26,386 nt of DNA from Candidatus Hydrogenedentota bacterium (GCA_029974275.1 JARKSN010000128.1:1-26386); one strand, 5' to 3'. Counted from the first letter of the stretch, positions 1 through 8,152 are shown. Notes: generated by a model from the sequence alone, not told the origin. Numbers and translations are program-made.

Positions 1-1734
1 ACGGTTTCATTGACGTTGACGACGTCGGGTCAGGGAACGATCGGCGTGGACAAGGCGGCTCCGTATCATCCCGGCGACGTGGTGACGTTGACGGCGACGC
101 CGGCCTCGGGTTGGACGTTCCAGGGCTGGTCGGGCGATCTGGGTGGCACGACGAATCCGGTTTCGCTGACGCTGGACGCGAACAAGAGCGTGAGCGCGAC
201 GTTTGTGCGCGTGAGCGCGACGTTGACGTTGACGACGTCGGGTCAGGGTGCGATTGGCGTGGACAAGGCGGCCCCGTACTACGTGGGCGACGTGGTGACG
301 TTGACGGCGACGCCGGCCTCGGGCTGGACGTTCCAGGGCTGGTCGGGCGATCTGAGCGGATCGACGAATCCGGCTTCGCTGACGCTGAACACGAACAAGA
401 GCGTGACGGCGACGTTTACGCAGCTGTTGGATGTTTCGGCGAACCAGGACAACTGGATGTATGAAATCACGCGCAACCGCAACTTCCAGCTTCCGTGGGA
501 GGAAGCGTCTGCGGCGCAGAACCAGAAGTTGTACAACAAAGCGATGATGTTCCAGGGCCTTACGGAACAGTACAATCTCCGGTATGGACAGATTGTGGAC
601 ATGTGGTACACCGATTTTACGCGTTCGACCCCGACCCTGTACGACACCGCCGGGGATAGCGCTTGTTGGACGGGCGTGTATCTGGCCGGGCTTGCGAACC
701 AGTATGCGGTGACGCGCGATCCGGCGGTGCTGGCCAAGATCAACAGCATCCTGGACACCTACGTGATGCTGGGCACCTGCACGGGCAAAATTGGGTACAT
801 CGCTCGTTTCGCGGCCCCGGCTTCTGACCCGGCGTACTACAATTACTACGTCAACTACACGAAGAACGGCTACTATCCGTGCGTGGCGCCGTATGAGGAC
901 CGCATCTATCTCGGATTTAGTTCGCGGGACACGTACGTCGGCACTTGCTACGGCTTGGCGAACGTGTGGGCGCGCGTCGATGACGCCGCCACGCGCGAAC
1001 GCGTGCGTGTCATTGCCGAGGTCATCATCGATACGCTGGCAGGCGACAGCTGGGACATCAAGTGCCCGCCTCCCGGCAATCAGACGACCCTGAATGCAGT
1101 GGCCTACGGATTCCAGGTGATGTGGATGAGTTTCGGCCTGGCGATCAACAACCCGAAGTACAACAGCAAGTTCAACAGCCCGCCGTTCCCGAACTTGAAC
1201 TACGCGAATCGTTTTGAATTGGCGGCGACGGTGGGCAACTTCGATTTGAAAGCGAAGGATTTTGGCGATTATTTCGCGAACAATCTGGGCGCGATGCAAT
1301 TGTGGATCATCTACACGATGGACACCAATTCGAGCCGTCGCGCGACGGTTTTGCAGAAATTCCGTCCCTATGGCGCGGATGATCACTTGCAGCCGGGCTT
1401 CTCTGCGGCGTTCATGAATGCTACGGGCGACATCTTCAACAACGTCGCGCGCGGCACGCTGCAGGGCGGTTTGTTGGACTTCCAGAACACGCCGAAGTGG
1501 ATTCGCGCCGTGGATCAGACCGATAATCCCAAATATCTGCCGCACAACGGCGACAATACGTTGTCGAACTATGCACTGCTGGTGCGCGACCGTCCGCTTA
1601 GCGATTACTTGTGGCAGCGGTCTCCGGCGCTCTTGAAGGATGGGTACGATGGGCTGCCGATCGAGTACGCCGCTCTCGACGTCTTCGTCCCGTACTGGAT
1701 GGGCCGTCAATGCGGCGCGATTCAAGCGCCGTAA
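1..1734 (+). CDS. 5'-truncated large, probably extracellular protein: at least 2 InlB B-repeat/Flg_new-like beta repeats plus a ~430-aa C-terminal domain of unknown function; paralog of 8662..11517
   Basis: The frame is open from base 1 to TAA at 1732-1734. It has two 'LTLTTSGQG..GDVVTLTATPASGWTFQGWSGDL..NP.SLTL..NKSV.ATF' repeats. The C-terminal domain aligns by eye with the 8662 gene product, and both end in FVPYWMGRQCGAI.AP. Confidence 0.85.
   Translation, partial: TVSLTLTTSGQGTIGVDKAAPYHPGDVVTLTATPASGWTFQGWSGDLGGTTNPVSLTLDANKSVSATFVRVSATLTLTTSGQGAIGVDKAAPYYVGDVVTLTATPASGWTFQGWSGDLSGSTNPASLTLNTNKSVTATFTQLLDVSANQDNWMYEITRNRNFQLPWEEASAAQNQKLYNKAMMFQGLTEQYNLRYGQIVDMWYTDFTRSTPTLYDTAGDSACWTGVYLAGLANQYAVTRDPAVLAKINSILDTYVMLGTCTGKIGYIARFAAPASDPAYYNYYVNYTKNGYYPCVAPYEDRIYLGFSSRDTYVGTCYGLANVWARVDDAATRERVRVIAEVIIDTLAGDSWDIKCPPPGNQTTLNAVAYGFQVMWMSFGLAINNPKYNSKFNSPPFPNLNYANRFELAATVGNFDLKAKDFGDYFANNLGAMQLWIIYTMDTNSSRRATVLQKFRPYGADDHLQPGFSAAFMNATGDIFNNVARGTLQGGLLDFQNTPKWIRAVDQTDNPKYLPHNGDNTLSNYALLVRDRPLSDYLWQRSPALLKDGYDGLPIEYAALDVFVPYWMGRQCGAIQAP
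10..417 (+). repeat. Intragenic tandem repeat: two 195-nt near-identical copies (10..204 and 223..417), period 213 nt
   Basis: Both copies begin ttgacgttgacgacgtcgggtcaggg and share long exact stretches such as ggcgacgtggtgacgttgacggcgacgccggcctcggg and tggacgttccagggctggtcgggcgatctg. Confidence 0.92.
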
Positions 1735-1769
1735 GCGCGGAATCGACGGCAAAACCTGTGTGATGTTCC

Positions 1770-1801
1770 GATGCCCTGGCGCGACCGAGCGCCAGGGCGT
1801 C
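1770..1801. terminator. Stem-loop between convergent genes, possible terminator
   Basis: gatgccctggcgc-gaccga-gcgccagggcgtc forms a 13-bp stem with one G-U pair. There is no clear U-tract. Confidence 0.5.
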
Positions 1802-1830
1802 GCGCTTGAGACGGCTTTGGATCGAGGAGT

Positions 1831-2247
1831 TCAGTTCTTCGTCTTGCGCTCGTCTTGCTTGATCCGGTTCCACATGGCGATGGCGTCTTCCGGGGTGGCG
1901 GCGCGGGTTTCGCCGAAGACGTGATCGTGGCGGCGGATCATTTTCTCGTGGGCGCGGCGCAGTGCGTTTTCGAGGGTGAAGCGGCCTTCCGCCTCTGCCG
2001 CGGCAGCGACGCCGAACATGCAGAACAGCGCGTCGCCGAATTCCTCTTCGACATGCGCGTTGTCGGAAGTCTCGAAGGCTTCGATGAGTTCGCGGCCTTC
2101 CTCGCACGCGAACGTTGCAAAATCGCGTGCGGTCTGCTCGCGGTCCCAGGGACATCCCTCGGGGCTGCGCAAGTGGCGCGCCAAATCGGCCAGCGCCTGA
2201 AGCCATTCCTGCTCGTTTTCCGGGGTTTTCTTCCAGTGTGGAAACAT
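1831..2247 (-). CDS. mazG: MazG-like nucleotide pyrophosphohydrolase (single domain)
   Basis: Contains LRSPEGCPWDREQT, EE.RELIEA, VEEEFGDALF and EKMIRRHDHVF, typical MazG motifs. The start is placed at ATG 2247 (AGAGGA upstream). In-frame alternatives are 2271 and 2319. Confidence 0.85.
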   Translation of the reverse strand: MFPHWKKTPENEQEWLQALADLARHLRSPEGCPWDREQTARDFATFACEEGRELIEAFETSDNAHVEEEFGDALFCMFGVAAAAEAEGRFTLENALRRAHEKMIRRHDHVFGETRAATPEDAIAMWNRIKQDERKTKN

Positions 2248-2299
2248 GAATTCGGCATCCTCTGGTTGCATCGATCGCGGTGTTAGGGTTCTGATCGAT

Positions 2300-3619
2300 T
2301 CATTCTCTTTCAGAGTCATGCGGCGATTGCGCCGATAGTCGCTGGGCAAGGCGCACGAATCTGCGAGCGATGTCATCGTTTCGGAAGGTTGCATGTCCGC
2401 GCAGATAGGTGCGCGTTCGGTTTCCCAAGGGTTTTTGCCAGTGTTCGGGGATGCCGCCGGCGCCGAGGATGGCTCCCGTGATGGAGCCGGCGGTTGCGCC
2501 GGTGCAATCATTATCGAGCCCCATGGCGACGGTAAAGCCGATGGTGCGCGTGAAATCGCCGTTTCCGAGATGGAGGCCAAACACCGTCAGGCAGGCGTTG
2601 TTGTTGGTGTGCACCCAGTTCATGCCGTCGAACCGTGCGTCCACCAGTGCGCGCGCTTCGCGCCAATCGCGCAGATTTGGGCAGTGCTGGAGCGCCCAGC
2701 GGACGTCGCGCGCCAGGCGGCAGTCGCGGGGGATTTCCGTAAGCCCGATGCGAATGGCTTCCAGGGGCGCGTCGACGACGAACGCCGCCGCAATGGCTGC
2801 CGCGAACAACATGGCTCCGTAGACGCCGTTGCCGCGGTGGGACAGGCTGGCGTCGCGATAGGCCATTTCCGCGGCGCGTTCGGGCCATCCGGGCGCGGCG
2901 TAGCCCCAGGGATCGCTGCGGATATCCGCGCCGATCCATTCGAGGTAGGGATTGTTTTGCGTTGCCGCGCGGGTCGCGGGCACGCCTGCTTTGAGATTTT
3001 CCAGGACGACCTGTTCGGCGGTGCAGGCGATCGGCAGGAAGTCGAGCCATGCCCGTCCCACGTCGTCGGTTGTAAACTGCGGGCCGCATTGTTCCAGGAT
3101 CAACAGGCCGATCAGGGTGTAGGCTAGGTCGTCGTCCGCCTCGATGGCGCGGATATTCCCTTCGAGATAGGCGCGGATCGGGCTGGTTTCATAGCGTATC
3201 TCGTCCGGCCGCGGATGCCCTTTCCAATACGTTTCAGGCGGAAAGGCCGTACCCGTGCGGCGGGCAAGCGCCTCCATGTCCGCGACGGACCATCCCTCGA
3301 CTGGAACGCCGAGCATGCATCCTGCGGCGCGTCCGAGCCAGGCGCCGCGCATGCGATCGCGCAGGTCGGCAGGGCTGAGGCGCGTGGCGAACCGGCGCGG
3401 GCCGCTGGGCCGCAGTTTGCGGATGTCTTCGAGGGCGTCCGGTTCGCGGCGGCGCATTGCGGGGGGCGGTTCTGCTGTGCGGAGATCGCGCATCGCCGCG
3501 GCGATGGCTTTGTGTGCGCGCGCGATGATTGGCTGCACGTGCACTCCTTGTTCCCGGCGCAAATCCGCCCAATGCTGGAGTTGTTCCACGGCGTGGCCGA
3601 TTTCCTTGAAATAGGGCAC
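2300..3619 (-). CDS. ADP-ribosylglycohydrolase (DraG/ARH family) protein
   Basis: Contains GAWLGRAAGCMLGVPVEG, DDDLAYT, SHRGNGVYG and GLDNDCTGATAGSITGA. The GTG start at 3619 follows AAAGGAG. Confidence 0.88.
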   Translation of the reverse strand: MPYFKEIGHAVEQLQHWADLRREQGVHVQPIIARAHKAIAAAMRDLRTAEPPPAMRRREPDALEDIRKLRPSGPRRFATRLSPADLRDRMRGAWLGRAAGCMLGVPVEGWSVADMEALARRTGTAFPPETYWKGHPRPDEIRYETSPIRAYLEGNIRAIEADDDLAYTLIGLLILEQCGPQFTTDDVGRAWLDFLPIACTAEQVVLENLKAGVPATRAATQNNPYLEWIGADIRSDPWGYAAPGWPERAAEMAYRDASLSHRGNGVYGAMLFAAAIAAAFVVDAPLEAIRIGLTEIPRDCRLARDVRWALQHCPNLRDWREARALVDARFDGMNWVHTNNNACLTVFGLHLGNGDFTRTIGFTVAMGLDNDCTGATAGSITGAILGAGGIPEHWQKPLGNRTRTYLRGHATFRNDDIARRFVRLAQRLSAQSPHDSERE

Positions 3620-3672
3620 GATTTTTCTCCTTTGCGGCGGATGCCGACGCTTCCCCACGGTTGTTCGGCAGC

Positions 3673-3681
3673 AGTATAGCA
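3673..3681 (-). promoter_or_regulatory. Extended -10 promoter element (TGcTATACT) for the ARH-mazG unit
   Basis: The minus strand reads TTTTTGCTATACTG ~55 nt upstream of the ARH start and just downstream of the hyd terminator. Confidence 0.5.
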
Positions 3682-3705
3682 AAAAATCGCGCGTCGCTTT
3701 TGGGT

Positions 3706-3753
3706 GAAAAGAACGCGCGGCCGACTCCGGCGGAGCCCGGAGTCAGCCGCGCG
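3706..3753 (-). terminator. Intrinsic terminator of the hydrogenase operon
   Basis: A 17-bp stem (3714-3730 with 3737-3753, one G-U) is followed on the minus strand by TTCTTTTC, 18 nt after the hydA stop. Confidence 0.8.
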
Positions 3754-3771
3754 CCATGGCAGTCCGCGCGA

Positions 3772-5703
3772 TTATTCGATGTACTTGCCGCGCGGGGTGT
3801 AGTGCGTGTGCAGCAACTTGTGGCTGATGTGGCCGCAGGGTCCGTCGGTGAGGAATTCTCCATAGAGTTTCAGCACCGCCGGGTTCTCGTGCGACTTGCG
3901 AATTTCGTAGGCCGCGTCTTCGCTGTAGATGGCCTTGGCGCGCGCCGCGCGGATGGCCGGGCTCGTCGGGATCGGCTGTCCGCCGCCGCCGAGGCAACCG
4001 CCGGGGCAGGCCATGAATTCGATGAAGTGGCATTCGCTGAATTTGCCGCCGCGCTTGATGTCGTCCATGACTTTTTTTGCGTTGGCGGTGCCGTGGGCGA
4101 CGGCGACTTTGACGACCGCGCCCTTGAGCCAGTCCCAGTTCGGCACGAGGTGCTTCAGGATATCCGGCACGGGGCCGACCGCCGTGATCGGGAGTTCGGC
4201 GTACTTGACGCCTTCGAACCCGCGCACGGGGATGATGTCGGCATGCGCGAAGATGTCCTCGACCTTGATGCCGCAGACCATCTCGATGACGGTGCGGAGG
4301 GCCGCTTCCATCACGCCGCCGGTGGCGCCGAAGATAACGCCGGAGCCGGTGGCCGTGCCGAAGGGATCGTCGAAGTCGCTCTTGGGCAGTTTCGGCAGGT
4401 CGATGCCGGTCTCGCTGATCATCTTGGCCAGTTCGCGCGTGGTCAGGCCATAGTCGATGTCCTTGTAGCCGCTGTCACACATCTCGGGCCGGTTGCACTC
4501 GAACTTCTTGGCCGAGCACGGCATCAACGCGACGGTCACGACGTCTTTCGGGTCGATGTTCATCTGTTTGGCGTAGAAGGTCTTGATGACCGCGCCGAAC
4601 ATCTGCTGCGGGCTTTTGGCCGACGACAGGTTGGGCAGGTATTCGGGATAGAAATGTTCGATGTATTTCACCCAGCCCGGCGAACAGCTCGTGAACTGCG
4701 GCAGCGCGATGTTCTTGTCGCCTTGAACCAGCGCCTTGTACAGACGCAGGATCAATTCCGTGCCTTCCTCGATGATCGTCAGATCGGCGGTGAAATTCGT
4801 GTCGAACACCTTGTCGAATCCGCACAAACGCAGCGCCGTGTTCATCTCGAAGGTCAGCGGCTGCCCGGGTTCGAGGCCGAAGCATTCGCCGATGCCCGCC
4901 CGCGGACTGGGCGCGGTCTGGATGACGACGTGCTTGGTCGGATCGTCGATGGCCGCCCAGACGTCGTCGGTCGGGTCGTTGGCGCGCAGGGCTCCGGTTG
5001 GGCAACGGTTGATGCACTGGCCGCAGTTGATGCAGACGACCTCGGCCAGGGGCTTGTCCATGAAGGTGACGACCTTGGATTCCGCGCTGCGGCCTTCGAC
5101 TTCGAGCACGCCGACTTCCTGGAAATCGATGCACGTGCGGATGCAGCGGCGGCACAGCACGCATTTGTTCATGTCGCGGAACACGGAATGGCTCGATCGG
5201 TCCTCCGCATACGTTGGCGTTTCGGGATGGCCGAAGCGGAAGAAGTCCACGCCGTATTCCTTGGCGAGCGCTTGCAGTTGGCAATTGTTGTTGCGGCTGC
5301 ACGTGTAGCACTCGCCGTAGTGGTTGGCAAGCAGCAAGTCGATGATGTGCCGCCGCGCCTGGCGCACCTTTCGGGTGTGGGTGAACACCTTCATCGGGGC
5401 GGTGATCGGAAAGGCGCACGAGGCTTGCAGCGTTCGTTGGCCTTCGACTTCGACGACGCAGATGCGGCATACGCCCGCGACGCAGAGGTCTTCGTGGTAA
5501 CACAACGTCGGAATGTGGATGCCGACTCGTTTGGCTGCTTCGAGGATCGTCGTGCCTAGCGGGACTTTGACCGGCTGGCCGTCGATCTCGACCGTGATCA
5601 GCCCTCCAATGGTCCCCTCTGTTTCCTGCACGTTGATCGTGTGGCCGCGCTGGCTTAATGGCACGCGTGAAAGGTCCACGCCGCTTCCTGTGGTAGATGC
5701 CAT
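3772..5703 (-). CDS. hydA: [FeFe]-hydrogenase catalytic subunit, NAD(H)-dependent multimeric group A3 type
   Basis: H-cluster motifs FTSCSPGW, LMPCSAKKFE and EFMACPGGCLGGGGQP are present. The N-terminus has a 2Fe-2S domain (PTLC..GVCRIC..ASC), a His-ligated 4Fe-4S (HYGECYTC..C) and two 4Fe-4S motifs (CVLCRRCIRTC, CINCGQCINRCP). The C-terminus has the small-subunit-like RKSHENP..HKLLHTHY. Confidence 0.96.
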   Translation of the reverse strand: MASTTGSGVDLSRVPLSQRGHTINVQETEGTIGGLITVEIDGQPVKVPLGTTILEAAKRVGIHIPTLCYHEDLCVAGVCRICVVEVEGQRTLQASCAFPITAPMKVFTHTRKVRQARRHIIDLLLANHYGECYTCSRNNNCQLQALAKEYGVDFFRFGHPETPTYAEDRSSHSVFRDMNKCVLCRRCIRTCIDFQEVGVLEVEGRSAESKVVTFMDKPLAEVVCINCGQCINRCPTGALRANDPTDDVWAAIDDPTKHVVIQTAPSPRAGIGECFGLEPGQPLTFEMNTALRLCGFDKVFDTNFTADLTIIEEGTELILRLYKALVQGDKNIALPQFTSCSPGWVKYIEHFYPEYLPNLSSAKSPQQMFGAVIKTFYAKQMNIDPKDVVTVALMPCSAKKFECNRPEMCDSGYKDIDYGLTTRELAKMISETGIDLPKLPKSDFDDPFGTATGSGVIFGATGGVMEAALRTVIEMVCGIKVEDIFAHADIIPVRGFEGVKYAELPITAVGPVPDILKHLVPNWDWLKGAVVKVAVAHGTANAKKVMDDIKRGGKFSECHFIEFMACPGGCLGGGGQPIPTSPAIRAARAKAIYSEDAAYEIRKSHENPAVLKLYGEFLTDGPCGHISHKLLHTHYTPRGKYIE

Positions 5704-5706
5704 GAT

Positions 5707-6909
5707 TTATGCCCTCCCCGCGAGCTTTGTCTCGCCGCGTCCCATGAGTTCATCTGGGAAATGCTTCACAATGGAAAGAAACGCGACCGCGCTCGATTGG
5801 CCCAGGCCGCATTTCGAGGCGAGTTGCATGGTCTCGCCCAGCGAACACAGCTCTTGCAGGTATTTCATCGAACATTGGCCCCGCTGGAGCGACTCGATGC
5901 CTTCGAGAAGGGTCAGATTGCCCGAGCGGCACGGCGTGCATTGGCCGCAGGATTCCTCGACAAAAAACTCAGTGAAGCATTTGGCGACGTGCAGCATGTC
6001 GCGTCCCGGTCCGAACACGATGATCGAACCGCCCGTGGGGATGTCCTCGTAGGCGATGGTCCGTCCGAATTCCGAGGCTGGCACGCAATGGCCCGAGGCG
6101 CCGCCGATCTGGACGGCCTTGGCGTTCTCGCCGCCGACTTCCTTCAGCAGCTCTGTCACGGTGATGCCCATCGGGAACTCGTACACGCCCGGACGCGTGC
6201 AATCGCCGGACACGCTGAATAACTTGAGGCCGGTGGACTTGGCCGTGCCGACGCCCTTGAACCAGTCCGCGCCCTTTGACACGATGCAGGCGATCCACGC
6301 GAGCGTCTCGACGTTGTTGACGACCGTCGCATGCCCTTGGAAACCGGTGTCCACGGGATACGGCGGGCGGTTGCGGGGTTCGCCTCGATAGCCTTCGAGC
6401 GATTCGATCAGCGCGGTTTCCTCGCCGCAGATGTAGGCGCCCGACCCCATGCGGATGACGATGTCGAAATCGAAGCCTTTCTTGCCCAGAATGTCCTTGC
6501 CCAACAAACCGTCTTCGCGGCGTTTGGCGAGGATCGCTTCGAGTTGGCGGCGCAGATAGGTGTACTCGCCGCGCAGGTAGATGATGCCCGTGGTCGCGCC
6601 GATGGCATAGCCCCCAATCGTCATGCCATCGATCACGAGATCGGCGTATTCGGTCAGAATGACGCGGTCTTTGAACGTTCCTGGTTCCCCTTCATCGGCG
6701 TTGCAAACAACAAACTTGTGATCGTCCTTGGCGGCTGCGGCCAGGTTCCACTTCACCCCCGTGGGGAACCCGGCGCCGCCCCGGCCTTTGATGCCCGAGG
6801 CGCTAATGGCGGCAATGACGGAGGCTCGGTCGAGGGCGAGGGCGGCCTTGATGGGCTTCACCGGCTCGACGAGCGCGAAGGTCAACGGGCCTACGTGTGT
6901 GGCGCTCAT
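5707..6909 (-). CDS. hydB: NuoF-like FMN/NADH-binding diaphorase subunit of the [FeFe]-hydrogenase (short, 400 aa)
   Basis: Contains GRGGAGFPTG.KW, CNADEGEPGTFKDR, GAYICGEETAL, NNVET and ESCGQCTPCR..CGLG. The ATG at 6909 overlaps the hydC stop (ATGA) and has a GAGGAG RBS. Confidence 0.93.
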   Translation of the reverse strand: MSATHVGPLTFALVEPVKPIKAALALDRASVIAAISASGIKGRGGAGFPTGVKWNLAAAAKDDHKFVVCNADEGEPGTFKDRVILTEYADLVIDGMTIGGYAIGATTGIIYLRGEYTYLRRQLEAILAKRREDGLLGKDILGKKGFDFDIVIRMGSGAYICGEETALIESLEGYRGEPRNRPPYPVDTGFQGHATVVNNVETLAWIACIVSKGADWFKGVGTAKSTGLKLFSVSGDCTRPGVYEFPMGITVTELLKEVGGENAKAVQIGGASGHCVPASEFGRTIAYEDIPTGGSIIVFGPGRDMLHVAKCFTEFFVEESCGQCTPCRSGNLTLLEGIESLQRGQCSMKYLQELCSLGETMQLASKCGLGQSSAVAFLSIVKHFPDELMGRGETKLAGRA

Positions 6910-7427
6910 ACCAAGTGCTCCTCTCTCCGCTCGACGGCATACACGCTGAATACGCGGCGGCAGCCTTCGAGAATCTCGTGGACCTTGTCGGGCGTCACGC
7001 GCGTGAAGACTTGGTCGTTCACCAGCATCGCAGGCCCTTGGTCGCACATGCCCATGCAGTTGGCCCACTCGAGCGTGAACTTGCCGTCCGGGGTCGTCTC
7101 GCCAAACGCGATGCCGAGGTCGTTCTCGAGTTGACGCGCGACGCGGTCCTTGTTCTGCATGTCGCAGGAAATGGTTTGACACAGGCGGATGACAAACTGG
7201 CCCTTCGATCGGTGGTCCAAGAAGCTGTAAAACGACACGACGCCGTAGACCTCGACCGGATGAATGTCCAACAAATCGGCCACGACCTGCATCGCATAAT
7301 CGCTGATGTGGCAATACTGCCGCTGCACTTCCTGAAGAATCGGGATAAGGGATGACCGGTTGCGGCCGTATTCCTCGGTCCAGCGTTCGATGTTGTTCCG
7401 GAGCTTTTCGCGTTCGGTGATCAGCAT
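6906..7427 (-). CDS. hydC: NuoE-like 2Fe-2S subunit of the [FeFe]-hydrogenase
   Basis: Contains LIPILQEVQ..VYGVVSFYS, CQTISC and NCMGMCDQGP thioredoxin-like 2Fe-2S ligands. A GAAGGAGG RBS lies upstream. Confidence 0.93.
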   Translation of the reverse strand: MLITEREKLRNNIERWTEEYGRNRSSLIPILQEVQRQYCHISDYAMQVVADLLDIHPVEVYGVVSFYSFLDHRSKGQFVIRLCQTISCDMQNKDRVARQLENDLGIAFGETTPDGKFTLEWANCMGMCDQGPAMLVNDQVFTRVTPDKVHEILEGCRRVFSVYAVERREEHLV

Positions 7428-7430
7428 GCT

Positions 7431-7811
7431 TCAGCCCTCCTTCTGCTGCAGGAGTTCGTCAACCAGCTTGACGAGCGCCTTGGGCTCGATCGGCTTTTCC
7501 ACGAACGCCTCCACCGGAAGCACCGCATCGTCCTTGTCGTATTTCATGCCCGTGACCCGGCTGACGCTCGTCAACAGCAGAATGGGTTTCGCGAAGCCTT
7601 TCCGGCGCAACTCCTGCGCCATCGCCATGCCGTCGTCCGGCTGCTCCATCATCACGTCGAGAATGAGCAGGTCCGGCTTGACCCTATCGACGCTCTTCAT
7701 GCCCTCGTCCCGGTTGTAGGCCGAGGCTACCGTGTGGCCCTCCTTTTCCAGAAATAGGCGGATGGCGTCCACCACATCCGGATCGTCGTCCACTGCGAGA
7801 ATCGTTGCCAT
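7431..7811 (-). CDS. Single-domain response regulator (receiver only)
   Basis: Contains ILAVDDD, LLILDVMM (phospho-Asp), LLTS and EKP over 126 aa with no output domain. The RBS is GAAGGAG. Confidence 0.92.
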   Translation of the reverse strand: MATILAVDDDPDVVDAIRLFLEKEGHTVASAYNRDEGMKSVDRVKPDLLILDVMMEQPDDGMAMAQELRRKGFAKPILLLTSVSRVTGMKYDKDDAVLPVEAFVEKPIEPKALVKLVDELLQQKEG

Positions 7812-7873
7812 ACGCGTTCTCCTTCTTCGACGGGCGGAGGCCCGTCTTGCCCTGCCACGCACCCTAGGCGCAC

Positions 7874-7895
7874 AATCGTGAAAAATATCACGATT
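7874..7895. promoter_or_regulatory. Palindromic operator, Rex-like (CRP/FNR-like spacing)
   Basis: AATCGTGA-AAAATA-TCACGATT is a perfect 8-bp inverted repeat. The 18-bp core has 3 mismatches to the Rex consensus TTGTGAANNNNTTCACAA. Confidence 0.65.
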
Positions 7896-7904
7896 CGAGG
7901 CCCC

Positions 7905-7933
7905 ATCATACCCCATTTGCCTGCGCTTTGCAA
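7905..7933 (-). promoter_or_regulatory. Sigma70-type promoter of the receiver-hydCBA operon
   Basis: The minus strand has TTGCAA (7933-7928), a 17-nt spacer and TATGAT (7910-7905). Confidence 0.7.
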
Positions 7934-8123
7934 CCTCTTTTTTTGCGAAGGCGCCAAAACGGCATTCTGGAGAATCGGCGCGCCTTTTGGGCGCCTCTCG
8001 TGTATGGGGCCTGAATCAGAAAAAGCGAAGCTTCGTAGGGTTGATGACAGGCTTGCGGAGTATGCGGAGAAACAAGAGCATATAGGGTATTCGTACTAAT
8101 TTATTTATACTTTTTCGCACCTA

Positions 8124-8152
8124 TTGACACTTTTCGTTTGAAGCGTCATAAT
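8124..8152 (+). promoter_or_regulatory. Near-consensus sigma70 promoter
   Basis: TTGACA (8124-8129), a 17-nt spacer and CATAAT (8147-8152), preceded by an AT-rich tract (about 8097-8115). Confidence 0.75.

Noticed and set aside
10..417. Repeat as a CRISPR array or mobile element end
   Set aside because: The units are in-frame 71-codon protein repeats with no spacers, cas genes or transposase.
7..1752. 581-aa minus-strand ORF
   Set aside because: It is the antisense shadow of the plus-strand gene, Arg-rich with no motifs. Such shadows are expected in high-GC DNA.
3661..5559. 632-aa plus-strand ORF
   Set aside because: It is antisense to hydA, which carries all the recognisable motifs.
2300..5703. 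DraG-like ADP-ribosylation control of the hydrogenase
   Set aside because: A strong terminator and a separate -10 element lie between hydA and the ARH gene, and no DraT-like transferase is present.
6910..7314. 135-codon in-frame extension of hydB, suggesting a longer HydB or a frameshifted hydC-hydB fusion
   Set aside because: The extension is an off-frame read of hydC with no Fe-S motif. A good RBS and an ATGA overlap support two coupled genes.
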